Source: Tubiluchus corallicola
Lineage: Eukaryota > Animalia > Priapulida
Direction of reading: 5' to 3'
Assembly (NCBI GenBank): GCA_030141605.1
Contig: JAQGDQ010000125.1
Location: 496,001 to 560,000 of the forward strand
DNA: 64,000 nucleotides
Part shown: one piece after another, positions 1 through 11,898 of the stretch
Position numbering within the stretch: position 1 is the first letter of the stretch
Layout: each line of letters starts with the position of its first letter
Position numbers and translations under genes: made by a program
Notes under the pieces: generated by a model
What the model saw: only the letters and a program-made list of their open reading frames with translations
The model's database searches: none
What the model was told of the DNA's origin: nothing

Positions 1-536
1 GCACCGCATCAACGTTTCAAGTCTCTTCGTTTGATTTATTGTGGAGGAGAGGCAACAGATGACACGCGTTTTACAGAGAGACAGACAAGCAGACAGAAAG
101 AACAAGATGAGCGACACGTGTTAAATTTAACTTATAAGTGCTGCTGACATTTGTACTTGTGTTAGTTAAATTGGGTGTCACGTGTGCCGTAACGCTGCCG
201 TTAGTACAAAAAAGCCAATTTTATCTGCTAGATAATGTGTTGCGTGTTGGAAGTCTACTGCTATAGTAATGACAAACTGAATAATATTTAATAACAATCG
301 TATAGTTTGTAGATAACCGTTGACTGTGCTGTTTGTTTTTGCATTAATCGCATTACATCGTATAATAATGTGATCATCGTACGATGCTTGATGGGCGATT
401 AAGCGGTTTTACGTTGCTGACAGTACGTTAGAAGTTAATTATGGTCATTTAGAGCTGCTGGTCGGTTTTCAGTAGCAAACACAGCAGGTGTTGTGTGTTT
501 TAATCACTATAATAATCTTGACTAACCTGCTGTGTA

Positions 537-734
537 ATGCCAGCGCAAAGTGAAGTGTTTCCGGCGTTTGCTACACCTCTGCGTTCTACTACATTGTCCA
601 GAAAGAAATCACCTGCGTTAAATGTAACTCATTCTTTACCTAGAAGTAGCAAAACGCAGACTTTGGATCGCACCAAAAAGATAAGAAACAAAGAGTTTTA
701 CTTGCAATACGAAATAGCACTTGGTTATTTACAG
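537..734 (+). CDS. Putative alternative first coding exon of cytohesin
   Basis: ATG-initiated 66-codon ORF ending at a CAG|GTATGA donor in phase 0, which matches the phase-0 acceptor at 5710 (QLKYELAEV...). It has no similarity to the canonical cytohesin N-terminus. Confidence 0.55.
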
Positions 735-3700
735 GTATGATTTAAAGCGAGATAATTTACCTTTTCAGCATTTTTTGCATCACGTTGGGTCACTTTTAAT
801 ATTTTCGAAACTTTTATCCACTTGTAATACTTTTAAAGAATCGTGAATGCCTTCCTTTCTTAACAATTATATGTTGTATATAGTCTTTTTATTGTACCAG
901 ACATACATACATGATTATTTTTTCGCCTAGTCATTTGTGAATATGTCATCCTCGAAATTCGGCTTGAATATTTTTAATATACTAGATTTTTTTTCGTTTA
1001 TTAACATTAGCATTGTTTGCTTTTTTGGCTAATCCAAATTTTAAGTTTATGAAACTCGTGTTGTAATGTATATTTTATGAACATGCAGAATTTTCCAATT
1101 CGTTAATAATATGCACACTATCGCTCTAAATGTAACATTGCGTATATTGCATTGGCCCCTACCTTACGCGCTTGTAAACTTACAACAGAGAGCTGTCACC
1201 TGTCTGGATCAGCAGAAGTTTAAGTGCTTTGGCATAATGCACCATAACAACGTAATTGTTAGTAAGCCAGCTATTTAGATTAACCACCAAATGTCAACAA
1301 CAGCTTGGAATTTATGAAAAGCGATGCCAACTCCTTCCTTGGCGGCTCATCTTTGATTCGCTGCCCATCTGTTATCAGTTAAATTTAGTGTTTAAGGGTT
1401 GGATTCTTTTTTACGGTGTCATTAGAAGTAGTGGAGTTACGCGGGTAGGGTATGATATCCCATAATAAATAATATCGTGTAGGAGAAGAATATTGTACAC
1501 GCATGCTGGTTTTATAAATCTTTCCCACGGTTTCACTTTCTGATATTCTTAATAGTTTAGTGCCAGTTTAAAACTAAAGTACTATCGATGATTTTGGGTA
1601 TAGAAATTATAACCATTATTTTAAAGAAGCTATTTGAATTTTTAATATTCTGTGCAATTTATGTAATATTTTATGTTCAACCTTTCAAAATTAGTTCTGT
1701 TCTCGTTTTATGACTTAATTCTATGTTGCTGAGCATGCCACTCCGGTCTCTACTTCTGTTCCCATGCTCGACTTGGTACTTAGACTTTGATAGACATTTT
1801 TTAGCTTTGATACTTAAATTTAGTTCATGATCAGTCTAGCAAATCCCGCTAATCTTAACAAGGAGTAAAAATTGCTAGCATAATAAACCGAGACTAAGAC
1901 GCAGACAAACAAATATCCGTACAAAAAATAAACTAACAAACATGTGACAAGCAAGTGATGGATAGACGAAAATAACAGATTCTTGTTTGATTTTTTTGTA
2001 AAAAAATATTACTTTGATTTAATTATTAATATTGTAGCTACAGTTGTTCTTCATTTACTACATTACCTCGGAAGTAAAATTTTGTTCGCATGTTTTTGAG
2101 TAAACCCCATTGAATGCCAAAAAACTGATGTGTGTCAGAGGCAGATTATATTTATACACGTGTAATGAATTATAATATCATTTAGCAGTTGCAGGATGTA
2201 GCAGATTTCCAGGCGACTTTGATTGATATTCATGCAGCAACAAGGTCATCTCCCTGTATAGGCGCAGTAATTTCAGCATCTCAATGAATATTTGAATTTA
2301 TTAATATTCTTGCATCTGAACCTTGTCTCCAGTTTACTGAGTACATCCAGTTTTAAAATTATTTATATATTAGCTTCCAGCTATTTTCATCGCGTAGTGC
2401 AAAATCTTTAAAATGGCAATTTAATGTAATATGATTTTTGTAGCCTAAGGATCTACTATATTACTTTCTCATGTACAAGTAATTCTGCCTTGACACCTCT
2501 GACATAAGAACTGCACATTTTGTTTTAACTGCATGAAGAAAGGTAAATTTTGAATTTTAAGTTAAGAAACAACAGTAACTTTTACTTCTCTTTAGCTCAC
2601 TTCTTTGCGTTTGAAGTAATGATGTTTAGCAATGGAAGGTATAACTTACTTCAGCCTATTTTCTTCAAAGTAAAATGGATCTTGTAAATAAACTCCCAAA
2701 CGTCTCGAATAGAGCGCCAAGTGCCTTGTATATGATCGCGTGCAGAGTATCGTATTTACTGATTAGCGTTAGTATTTGTAATCTTTTCTACTAGAGCTCT
2801 CGCTTTTATAACTCCGTGGAGGTTTAACTGACAGATGCAGCTAGATCAAGTAAAGCAAAAAAGAAATCCCAAACCAGCTAGATCAAGTAAAGCAAAGAAG
2901 AAATCTCAAACCAACTACTGATCCTACTGAAGCTATTCTTACTGAGTGGATTTTTTCAATTAGAGTTTCTGAAAGCACCAACTTCGTTTCCCTTTAGTAT
3001 CTGATGATCAACCATTGATAACCAGGCATGTTCTTCAGCATCAGGTCGACATTTAAATTTGATCAACATACAACCTTGCCGGGAGTGGTACTCAGTGACC
3101 AGTAATTACCGAGGTTTTGTGGAGAAGGACGTGGATTTATGTTCTTCAGCGTATAAAAGCAGTTGATTCGGATTTATATGTCAAAATTAATTGATGTCAG
3201 TAGTTGCATTTGTAAACTGACGTGGTTTCTATGTCTGCGATCTGCTGTTTTATCCACTGACATTGCCTTATTGGGGCGCACAGCCAGGTGTGCAAATTAG
3301 ATTTTACAACCCTTGCCGTGGTATTTCATAGAGCGTTACAGGTGCACTAGATTCCAATGTCTGTTTTGTAATTCAGTGTCATCTTTTTATGTTTTCGGCA
3401 ATATAGCATTAATGGTACAGTTTCACATAAAGCGTTTTTATTGGCAGGAAGTTTGGTAATGCATATTAAAATTATAAACTACTGAAAATATACTTTTTCC
3501 AGTTTTACTGCATACAATTTGCAGTTAGTGCAAAATTCGTTCCAATATCAGCAAATATTTTATTATCGTCATACCAAAATGGACACCTTTCAAATGAAAA
3601 CTGTCCATCCCTTTTTCTAATGTTGTTTAAATGCCCATTGTTGACCTTTGTGCATTGTTTAGTTATCTCAAGTTTGTTGTGGGAACATTGCTAAATTTTT

Positions 3701-6700
3701 CTTCTTTGCGTTTTCTCCAGAGCTGAGAGCTTTCCGCTCTAGACTAATTGGTGTCTCGCACAGTAGCCTGTCCTAGCTTCGTGTAATTACATCCATTCCA
3801 TACTCACGAAGTGCATCTACAACTTGAGTTTAATTTAATATTATTTCTTAGAGAGTTTTTATCCCAAGAGCTAAAAACCCGAACTTGCTTCTAATAATTG
3901 GCAGTCTACAAGCATAGAACTTGTTACTTATGACCAAAGATAACGATCACATTTATAAAGAATAATATTCGCATGAAGGCGTTGACATTTTCATTTCTAC
4001 AATCAATACGTTGTTGACCTTTCAAGCGCTTTGAATAGAAGCTTGTTACCGGCCACTTGATACAGGTATGCTAATACTGCTGCTTACTGTAAATTCTTAT
4101 AATCATTTTGTATCTCAGACATATACAGTTCGTATTCTTGACTGACAATATAAGAATATCTAAAAACCATAAGGTAGACGGTGCCAACAAGCCGTGTAAT
4201 GTGAAGATTAGATCATACTCCAGGACGTCCCGGGTCTAAACCCAGTAAAAACATTCTAGTTTAAAAACTTGAATTAGTGGTAGCACAAAATTGTCCTGCC
4301 ATTCATTGTTTTAGGCACAGGCTGAATTTCGCAAAAAATTCCAAGTGCTAGGTTTCCAGGCCGAGTATCTGTATGAGCTTTTGATGTTTGTCTGTTGTAT
4401 ATTTTTTTGAAAACGCTTCACATTTTTTAACTCTTAGAGCTTTTTCGTTTCAAGAATTTGACGAGAGACTATTACTATCTGTTTTACAACATTGCCACTA
4501 GCGTATCACGCATTTTACGTTTAAACAAGGCGTTATATGCAGGGTGCATAAGATTATGGATATGTATAAAATAAATAAAATAGCTTATTTTATGGATTTT
4601 TGAAATTTTATTTTATGGATATCAATAAAATAAAAAATATACTATATCTGGAATGAGATGCCCATGGGGAAATGTAAAAACGGGAGTGCTTGAAACGTAA
4701 TCTCTGGTGGCTGGGTCTCTCTCAGTTATTTTCAGGCCGAACTCCAGCTCATGCTTTGGTTGAAACTTCGCCATCTTGATAACAAAAAGACAATGAGAAA
4801 AAAACAATGTAAAATAGCAAATCCGGAAATGCGCTTTTGTTGGTTTGTTTTCTTTCTCTTTCTCTTCTAACGTTCATTTTCAGTGTTGCCAATACTTACA
4901 ACTCGTTACTTTGTACAAAAAATCACAAAAAAATTTTTTTTATTTTATGCATTTCTTATTTGATGGATTTTTCAAATTTCATTTTATGGATTTTTGGTCT
5001 TATTTTATGGATATCCATAATCTTATGCAGCCTGGTTATATGTCTTCCGTTTTTATATTATTGGGCATAACATCAGGAACGTGCTCCATAATGTTATTAC
5101 TTACGGTTGGCACAGTGTTGTGCTTGAGCTCACTAAGGTGCAACGAAGCAACATATTGTCACTGTACGTGTGCTATCCCTAGTAAATGTTGTACAGCGTG
5201 AGGGACTGTACAAACATTGTCAGAAACTAGTAAGATTCTAACATACATTAAAATTATATTTTTGATATTTTAATTGTTTGTCTGGTTTTATGAAAAGACT
5301 TTCTAAGTTCTAATTGCGTGAATGCTTAAATAAAAAGCTATAATGTACAGATTGTTTTCACTGTTTGGCTTCACGATTTTGAGTAACCTTCACCTTTGAC
5401 ATTGAAAACTAGTTAGTGTTCAGTATAAAATAAGACAGAAGTAGAAACTAGAAACATAGTGTGGCTTCTGTCGAGTTTAATGTAGGAGTGTCAGGTAGTT
5501 CTTCGCATTCATTTAACCTTTATTTTCATTTGATTTTTAGGATTGTATAATTTGTTTTGTATAATAGTGTAATATGACGTCAAGTGAGTTACTCATCACG
5601 TTTGGAGTAATTCATTGCTTCTTTGTTAGTGAAATGATTATGATATTCAGTACTCCCAGTACAAATTATGTGATGTTGTTAATAATGATTTTATTTTTTA
5701 CTTTTGCAGCAACTCAAGTATGAATTGGCGGAGGTTACTCGAGAAATGGAAGCTGCGGATGTGTCCGAGTAAGTTTATTTAAAATTCATTTCAAAATGTT
5801 TACTTATTTTAAAAAAAACTTTTATTTGCAGGCATAAGGCAATTTTACCGTGAAATGAATGCATACATGTTTTTTTATTGTTTCGGCATCAATTGTACCA
5901 TGAAAATGAATGTACACATGATTTTTTATTGCTTTGACATCAATTATACCATGAAAATGAATGCATACATGATTTTTTATTGTTTTGGCATCAATTATGC
6001 CATGAAAATTAATGTACACATGATTGTTTTATTTTTATGGCATCAATTATACCTCGAAAATGAATGCACACGTGATTTTTTATTGTTCTAGCATCAATTT
6101 AAATATTATTTTCAGGATAAATGCTAATAATGTTTAGGTATAATGCTCAGTATAAATTTTTGTTTTATAAAAAAGTTGAATTGTGTGTGTTTAGGAAGGA
6201 CAATCCCAAGGCCAAGCAGACATCTATTGGTCGAAAGAAGTTTAATATGGACCCTAAAAAGGTGTTGTACAATTAGCCATATGCGCTTATCATTTTTACA
6301 GCCTGAATGTTTTTTGTGTAATAGATCGAAAGTGTAATAGTTTTGTAGTTTTGTGTATCATCTATTTCTATTTGCACGTTGCTGATTCACACACTGCCTC
6401 ATGGTTTTCAAGTGCCATTTTTAGGCTGAAGTAATTACAATGTAATTATTTTGAGTCTGAATGTATTGATGTAACTAATTATACTTTTTCCTAATTTTAA
6501 AATTAAAATTATTAGCTTTAATGAAATCTCAAGCGAATGTGCAACTATTAAATAGGTTAAATGTGATAACTTATGTGTGTTATCCCCTATTGTTTACAGG
6601 GAATTGAATATCTTATTGAACATGGCTTGCTGGAGGATTCACCCGAGGATGTGGCTGGATTTTTGTTCAAGGGAGAAGGTCTCAATAAAACGGCTATTGG

Positions 6701-9700
6701 GGAATATCTGGGAGAGAGGTAAAGCAAATTATTAGTACCGTGTGGATGAAAATGTACCGGCACAAATAAGTTGTTGCTTGTTCAAAAATTTAGGTTTTGA
6801 AAGAAGCATTTTTTTTGTCCTGAAAGTTCAAAAACACTATTGACTGTTGTGTTGCTTAAAAATCAGTTTTTATCAGTTTTTGGTATGTTCATTCATGTGG
6901 GCCAGCCACTAGAATTTTTTGACAGGTGGTCTTGTACCCTTCCCTGGGAAGGAAGTGTTCCTAAAGAGCAGATCTGATTATTTGATAAGGAGGTATTGGA
7001 TAAGGCTGTGTAACCATGCAAGTAAATTTCCTTTGTGTAGATTGCAAAACCCACAGCTGGGTATTTTTGTGTAGTTATAATCACTTACCGCTGGTTTACA
7101 AATTTGGTGTAATAGATTAATTTTGGACCTTGTAATTTCCTCAAATGGATTTGAATGTTGTTATTTTTGCATTTATTGCAGGCATGATTTCAACCTGGCA
7201 GTACTGCAGCATTTTGTAGCATTGCATGAATTTGCAGACATGATATTAGTACAAGCATTAAGGCAGTTCCTCTGGAGCTTTCGTTTGCCTGGTGAAGCAC
7301 AGAAGATTGATCGTATGATGGAGGCTTTTGCACAACGTTACTGCCAGTGCAATCCTGGAGTATTTACATCTACAGGTATAGGACCGATGCATTCACCCAG
7401 TGCACAAATACTATCTTAGCTGTGTATTATGTATTAGCAACTTTGGAACATAATATTCACAATGATTTTTGGTTTTTAATTATGAACTCGGCAGATGGAT
7501 TAGTAAGCAGAACTAAGCAGATGAATGAATTTCCTGAAGAAAACATCATGCATTACACTTCTGTAATCTTCAGTGATGTTAGCATTGGGCTCTGATGAAA
7601 TGTATGAGGCGTGAGGACAGTAATATACCCAAGTTTCTGAGAAGATTACAAAGTCCTATTCATTGGTTTTTTTTTAAATTTACTATTAATTAATGAATAA
7701 TTAATAATTAACTTAGTAAGTGTTATGTTTGTGTATGGGGTGTAAGTGATTGTGTTTAATAGGATTATAAATGATGAAATAATGTTAGTGGATAATTAAT
7801 GTTTATCATAGATACGTGCTATGTGCTTTCGTTTGCGGTCATCATGCTCAACACTAGCCTCCATAATCCTGCTGTTAAGGATAAACCAACTGTGGAGAGG
7901 TTCATCCACATGAATCGTGGTATTAACGATGGAGGAGACTTGCCCGATGAGCTTCTCATGGTTCGTATAATTATTTTGTATGATTTGTATCTTACGTTAA
8001 GCAAGAAGTATGGTAAGATTGGTCACTTTTGAATAAACCTTTGAAAATTGTTGGTGAAGAAACGGGAGGCTTTCCCATTTAAAGATCTTTTTTGAAACCT
8101 GCAAAGTTATGCATAAATAAGGCTTTGAAGTGCTCTTTAAAATTCATCTGCCTAAAACATAAAAATGAAAATACTTTGTTTTGAGTTTGGTGAGTACATT
8201 TTGGGAGTCAGTCATACAAGTTATTTGATGAATCTTTGCTAGTTTTCAGATGTTTTTGTAAAACTATGACCCATAATTTGTCAAGAGTTTTGCTGCTCTC
8301 TCTGTCACTGTAATTCATAAAAAGTTTTTGCGTTTGTCAGAGTCTTTATGAGAGCATTAAGAAGGAACCATTCAAGATTCCTGAAGATGATGGGAATGAT
8401 CTGATGCACACCTTTTTTAATCCAGATCGTGAAGGGTGGCTGTGGAAACAAGGTATTTAAAATATATTATTAAATGTTAATGCAATGTCAATACAGAGGT
8501 GATAATTGGGATATTATAGTTTAGTAGTATTTTTATACGAATAAGGTTTTCAATCTTGTAGTTTTTTATAGTGCAATCTGTCTAGAGCTGTTGATCTTCT
8601 TTACCAGTCAAATTTCCTTTTAATAGTATTCATGTATTTGTTTTTCTTGAAATTACTTGCTGACTAGGAATAGTGAATGGTAACTGCTAATGACAATGTG
8701 TTTTTTTAATTTCATTTGCTAATTATGCTGAAAATGCCAGGCGGTAAGTCTACAAGTTGAATGATAGTGATTCATTTTGCATGCCCATTTAATTCTCTGC
8801 ATGCATTCTTATATACCAGTACATCCCGTTAGCAACATGCATTTTTATATATCATTACACCCCATTAGCAACATAAGTTCATTTTTTAGTTTTTTAATAT
8901 CCGTTACTTATTGTTTGAGGTTATCTGTCACTGCCATTTTTAGTGATAAAATTAACTTATTTGTTTTACTAGTTTTAAAACTCTACCCAAATTTGTCACT
9001 GCCATTATTTGTGAAACTGCATTTTTTGTCCAGTCCGCTGTTGCTTGTTGCTTAATCCTAAACAGTTTTTAGGTTTTATGGTTCACTTGCAGTTTGAGAT
9101 GTTACAGACTGTGTCTACATTATGAAACTTGTTTTAGTGTCTTTTGCGTCCATTATAATGTTTACTGTGCTAACCTTTTTTGTTTATCCATGTAACCATA
9201 CTAAGCTATGATACTCCCGTCCATCAAGCATTTCTAGGACATGCCAGATAATTATAGCAGTGTCAGTCTTACTAATTATGTGAATTTGCATCAGCTGCAA
9301 TGATTTATTTTGTTAATAATAATAAAAAAATAAATTAATTATTTAAACAATTTGAAACATTAAAAGAAATCAATTTTGGTTCATTTTCTAGTGCTAGCAG
9401 CATTCTTTGTTGTATATTATGTGTAACAGGTAACAATTTTTGCTCAACCGTAGTGTCAGTTTGTAATTCTCGCACAAGTAGTAGAGACTGTGTCGTGTAG
9501 CATTTGCGTATGTCGTGTAGCATTTGCGTAAAACTTGATAAACTGATCCTTGTCATAATATAATTTGTGAAACTGAAAAATGCTACTTCCAATGTTTTAC
9601 AAAAGGTTTGGTGTCAATTTTTCAATGTCACTGCTACCTCAAGTGTTTCTTTATTTTTTTAAAAAGTGTGATTTCTGTTACATGGCATATTTAAGAAGTT

Positions 9701-11898
9701 GTATTGATAAACATTTATTTGGTACGTTTCACTTTGGCTCATTAGCTATTCTAATTACAGGCGGTCGTTACAAGAGCTGGAAGCGTCGTTGGTTTATCCT
9801 TAATGACAACTGCCTTTACTACTTTGAATTCACTACGGTGAGTAATTCTACAGTGTAAATGTTGTCTTTGTGACAGTGTTGTTTGATGCTCTAACAGGTC
9901 TGACATTTTTGTATCTGCAAATTGTTTTATTATTTTGTAGAACAAAAGTTGTCAGTCACACTGTATAATCGGGGTCACTTGTAACTGTGTATGGTGTTTT
10001 TTAAATTGAACAAGAAGAGGTTGTAATTTCCAAGGGTTGTTTTCTTTATTTTGACTATTTTTATGCTTATAGTGCAATAAACCTTCGTCATTCTTGTCCA
10101 GTAATCCTAAAAACATTTTTTGTCTGGTTCATTTATAAAACTAGTGCTAGTTATTTAGTCAAGAAAATGCTCATCAAGCATTGTGACTTTCACAGGATAA
10201 AGAGCCAAGGGGAATAATTCCATTGGAGAATGTACATGTTCGGGAAATCCAGGATCGCAACAAGCCCAATTGTTTTGAGTTATTTTCTGTTGACAATGAG
10301 GTTATTAAAGCCTGTAAAACAGATTCTGAGGGAAAAGTTGTCGAAGGTAAGTATTGCTGTCTGTACGAGAATGAGTTCAGTTTTAACCATGTGTAAGTGC
10401 AATGCCTATGATTAAAAAGAAAAATTTTGCAAAAGCAAAAGAATGACGGCTGTTGTTATCTTAATTTGATTCTTGCTTGTGGGAAGAACTGATTATATCC
10501 TGCCAGATTAATTTTGATTTTACGTATAAAGAAGTAATATTCATGTCTTAAATAAACAGTTCTGTTGTGCTAATACAGACTATTAATACAGCCACTATTT
10601 TCTAATACAAGTGAAGACTTTTAAACTAGTCTTGGCTGTAAAATATTCATCACATCTCTACCATTCAACCATTATGGTTTTGTACAATCTTCTATGATGA
10701 TAGCATTGGGCTCTGATGTCAATGTCATGAGGACAGTAATTTATACCCAAGTTTCTGAGAAGATGTTTTATTGTTCAGATCTTAAAGTCAGTGTGCATTT
10801 GCATACGTCACAAGCTCGCTCGATCATGTTCATTCATTCAGTCTTTTTTATAGGTTGTATTTCCTTGTCTTCAAGTCAAGTCTTTGAGTTCTTGTGCTTT
10901 TTCAGTAATGTGGCAAATGAAAATTAAATTACTAGCTTCGTACCGAATTGCCTTTCACTATTCACCCGTCACACCCTCAGGTTCTTATTTGTGTATGAGT
11001 CACCTATGGGGGATTTACATGAAAACTTTTACATTAGCATTTTTTAAACATTTTTTGGTAACAGAATAGGTAAGAAAACAATGCAAGAATATGAAACTTT
11101 TTTTCATCTTCAGGAATAGGCTACTGAATGGATAAAATTAGCTTCATACATAATTTTATATTGCAAAACCACTATGTAGTTCGTACCACACACAGGTTGA
11201 TCAGGTGTTCGGTTGATCAGGTGTAGAGTTGACCAGTGGTAGAATTTTTAGGAACTGATTTGTGCACAAATTGATGCTGAAATCAAGTTGGAGACCACAG
11301 TTATGCAATTTTGCTGTGCTCTTTTGGCAGTGTATATCGCCACATTGCAAACAACTTGACAATATCAAATGAAATTAGATAGTGCTGCGCTTTGCATGGT
11401 CTGCAACAGCTGTGACAAAATTGTTTGTTTTCCAGGTAAACATACAGTGTATAGAATGTCGGCTACTACTAGTGAGGAAAAGGATGAGTGGATCAAGTGC
11501 ATCAAGTAAGTTTGTTGGAATTTTTTTACTTCTGATATTGTGGTATCTTTGTTTGTTTAAAAAAAACTGTTTAGATGTAAATCTTAGATGATGATAATCT
11601 GATTGTTTGTTACTTATGCTTATTTCATATTTGATGAAGTATGTCCTTAGTTTTTATAGAATCGCTGCAATCATCTGTCTCCTTTTTTCCGACCAGCTCT
11701 TGCTATTTTGCCTTTACCTTACTACTGCTTGTGATCTAAAGAAAGTGATTAGTATTTATTAGAAAGAACTGAAATTTAACTACTATGTTCACTGGTGTTT
11801 TTAGGGCATCTATCAATGAGAATCCATTCTATGATATGTTGGCAGCAAGAAAGAAGAAAGCTCAACACAAAAATACTGTCAAAAGTACAAAGGGATAA
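537..11898 (+). CDS. CYTH: Cytohesin/steppke-family Arf-GEF (coiled coil-Sec7-PH-polybasic), spliced, about 429 aa
   Basis: Exons: 537-734 (putative alternative first exon), 5710-5768, 6195-6261, 6600-6718, 7182-7375, 7812-7960, 8341-8452, [8741-8743 microexon], 9761-9837, 10196-10346, 11436-11505, 11805-11898. All introns are GT-AG with consistent phases, 1290 nt without the microexon. Motifs: [30 protein letters not shown] (Sec7 glutamic finger), [12 protein letters not shown] domain [19 protein letters not shown] and C-terminal MLAARKKK. Confidence 0.96.
2838..2912. repeat. Tandem duplication, 2 x 37 bp
   Basis: CAGCTAGATCAAGTAAAGCAAARAAGAAATCYCAAAC starts at 2838 and 2875. Confidence 0.85.
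3420..3900 (-). mobile_element. Highly degenerate LINE (RTE-like) AP-endonuclease remnant
   Basis: A frameshifted minus-strand translation reads [37 protein letters not shown], resembling the APE N-terminal pattern RIGTWNVRSL..KLAQV..EM.RY.LDI.GLSE. It has many stops and the boundaries are approximate. Confidence 0.35.
4540..5034 (-). mobile_element. Internally deleted hAT-type DNA transposon
   Basis: 24-bp TIR CAGG(G/C)TGCATAAGATTATGGATAT and perfect 8-bp TSD GTTATATG (4532-4539, 5035-5042). Subterminal TTTTATGGA repeats. The minus strand keeps a transposase-like start, [23 protein letters not shown]. Confidence 0.88.
5841..6100. repeat. Minisatellite, about 5 x 51 bp
   Basis: Unit is approximately AATTATACCATGAAAATGAATGCATACATGATTTTTTATTGTTTTGGCATC, starting at 5841, 5891, 5942, 5993 and 6045. 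Confidence 0.92.
7562..7650 (+). ncRNA. Intronic box C/D snoRNA, copy 1
   Basis: 10-bp terminal stem TGTAATCTTC/GAAGATTACA. C-like GTGATGT (7573), D' CTGA (7592), C' GTGAGGA (7611), D CTGA (7637). The D-box guide TATACCCAAGTTT is complementary to the conserved LSU rRNA segment ..CUUGGGUAUAGGGGCG. Confidence 0.85.
8741..8743 (+). CDS. 3-nt microexon (GCG) adding a third glycine to the cytohesin PH-domain beta1-beta2 loop
   Basis: Context is ...tgctaattatgctgaaaatgccag|GCG|gtaagt, in the intron between CAA G| (8452) and |GC GGT CGT (9761). Skipping gives KQGGRY and inclusion gives KQGGGRY. Confidence 0.9.
10687..10764 (+). ncRNA. Intronic box C/D snoRNA, copy 2 (paralog of 7562-7650)
   Basis: Stem ATCTTC/GAAGAT. 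Perfect C box ATGATGA (10694), D' CTGA (10713), C' ATGAGGA (10727), D CTGA (10755). Both guides (TAGCATTGGGCT and TATACCCAAGTTT) are identical to copy 1 while the spacers differ. Confidence 0.87.

Noticed and set aside
10960-11022. H/ACA snoRNA (hairpin followed by ACA); similar weak candidates near 7050-7103 and 9060-9122
   Set aside because: I could not establish a convincing H box, two-hairpin layout or pseudouridylation pocket by eye. This needs snoGPS or Infernal.
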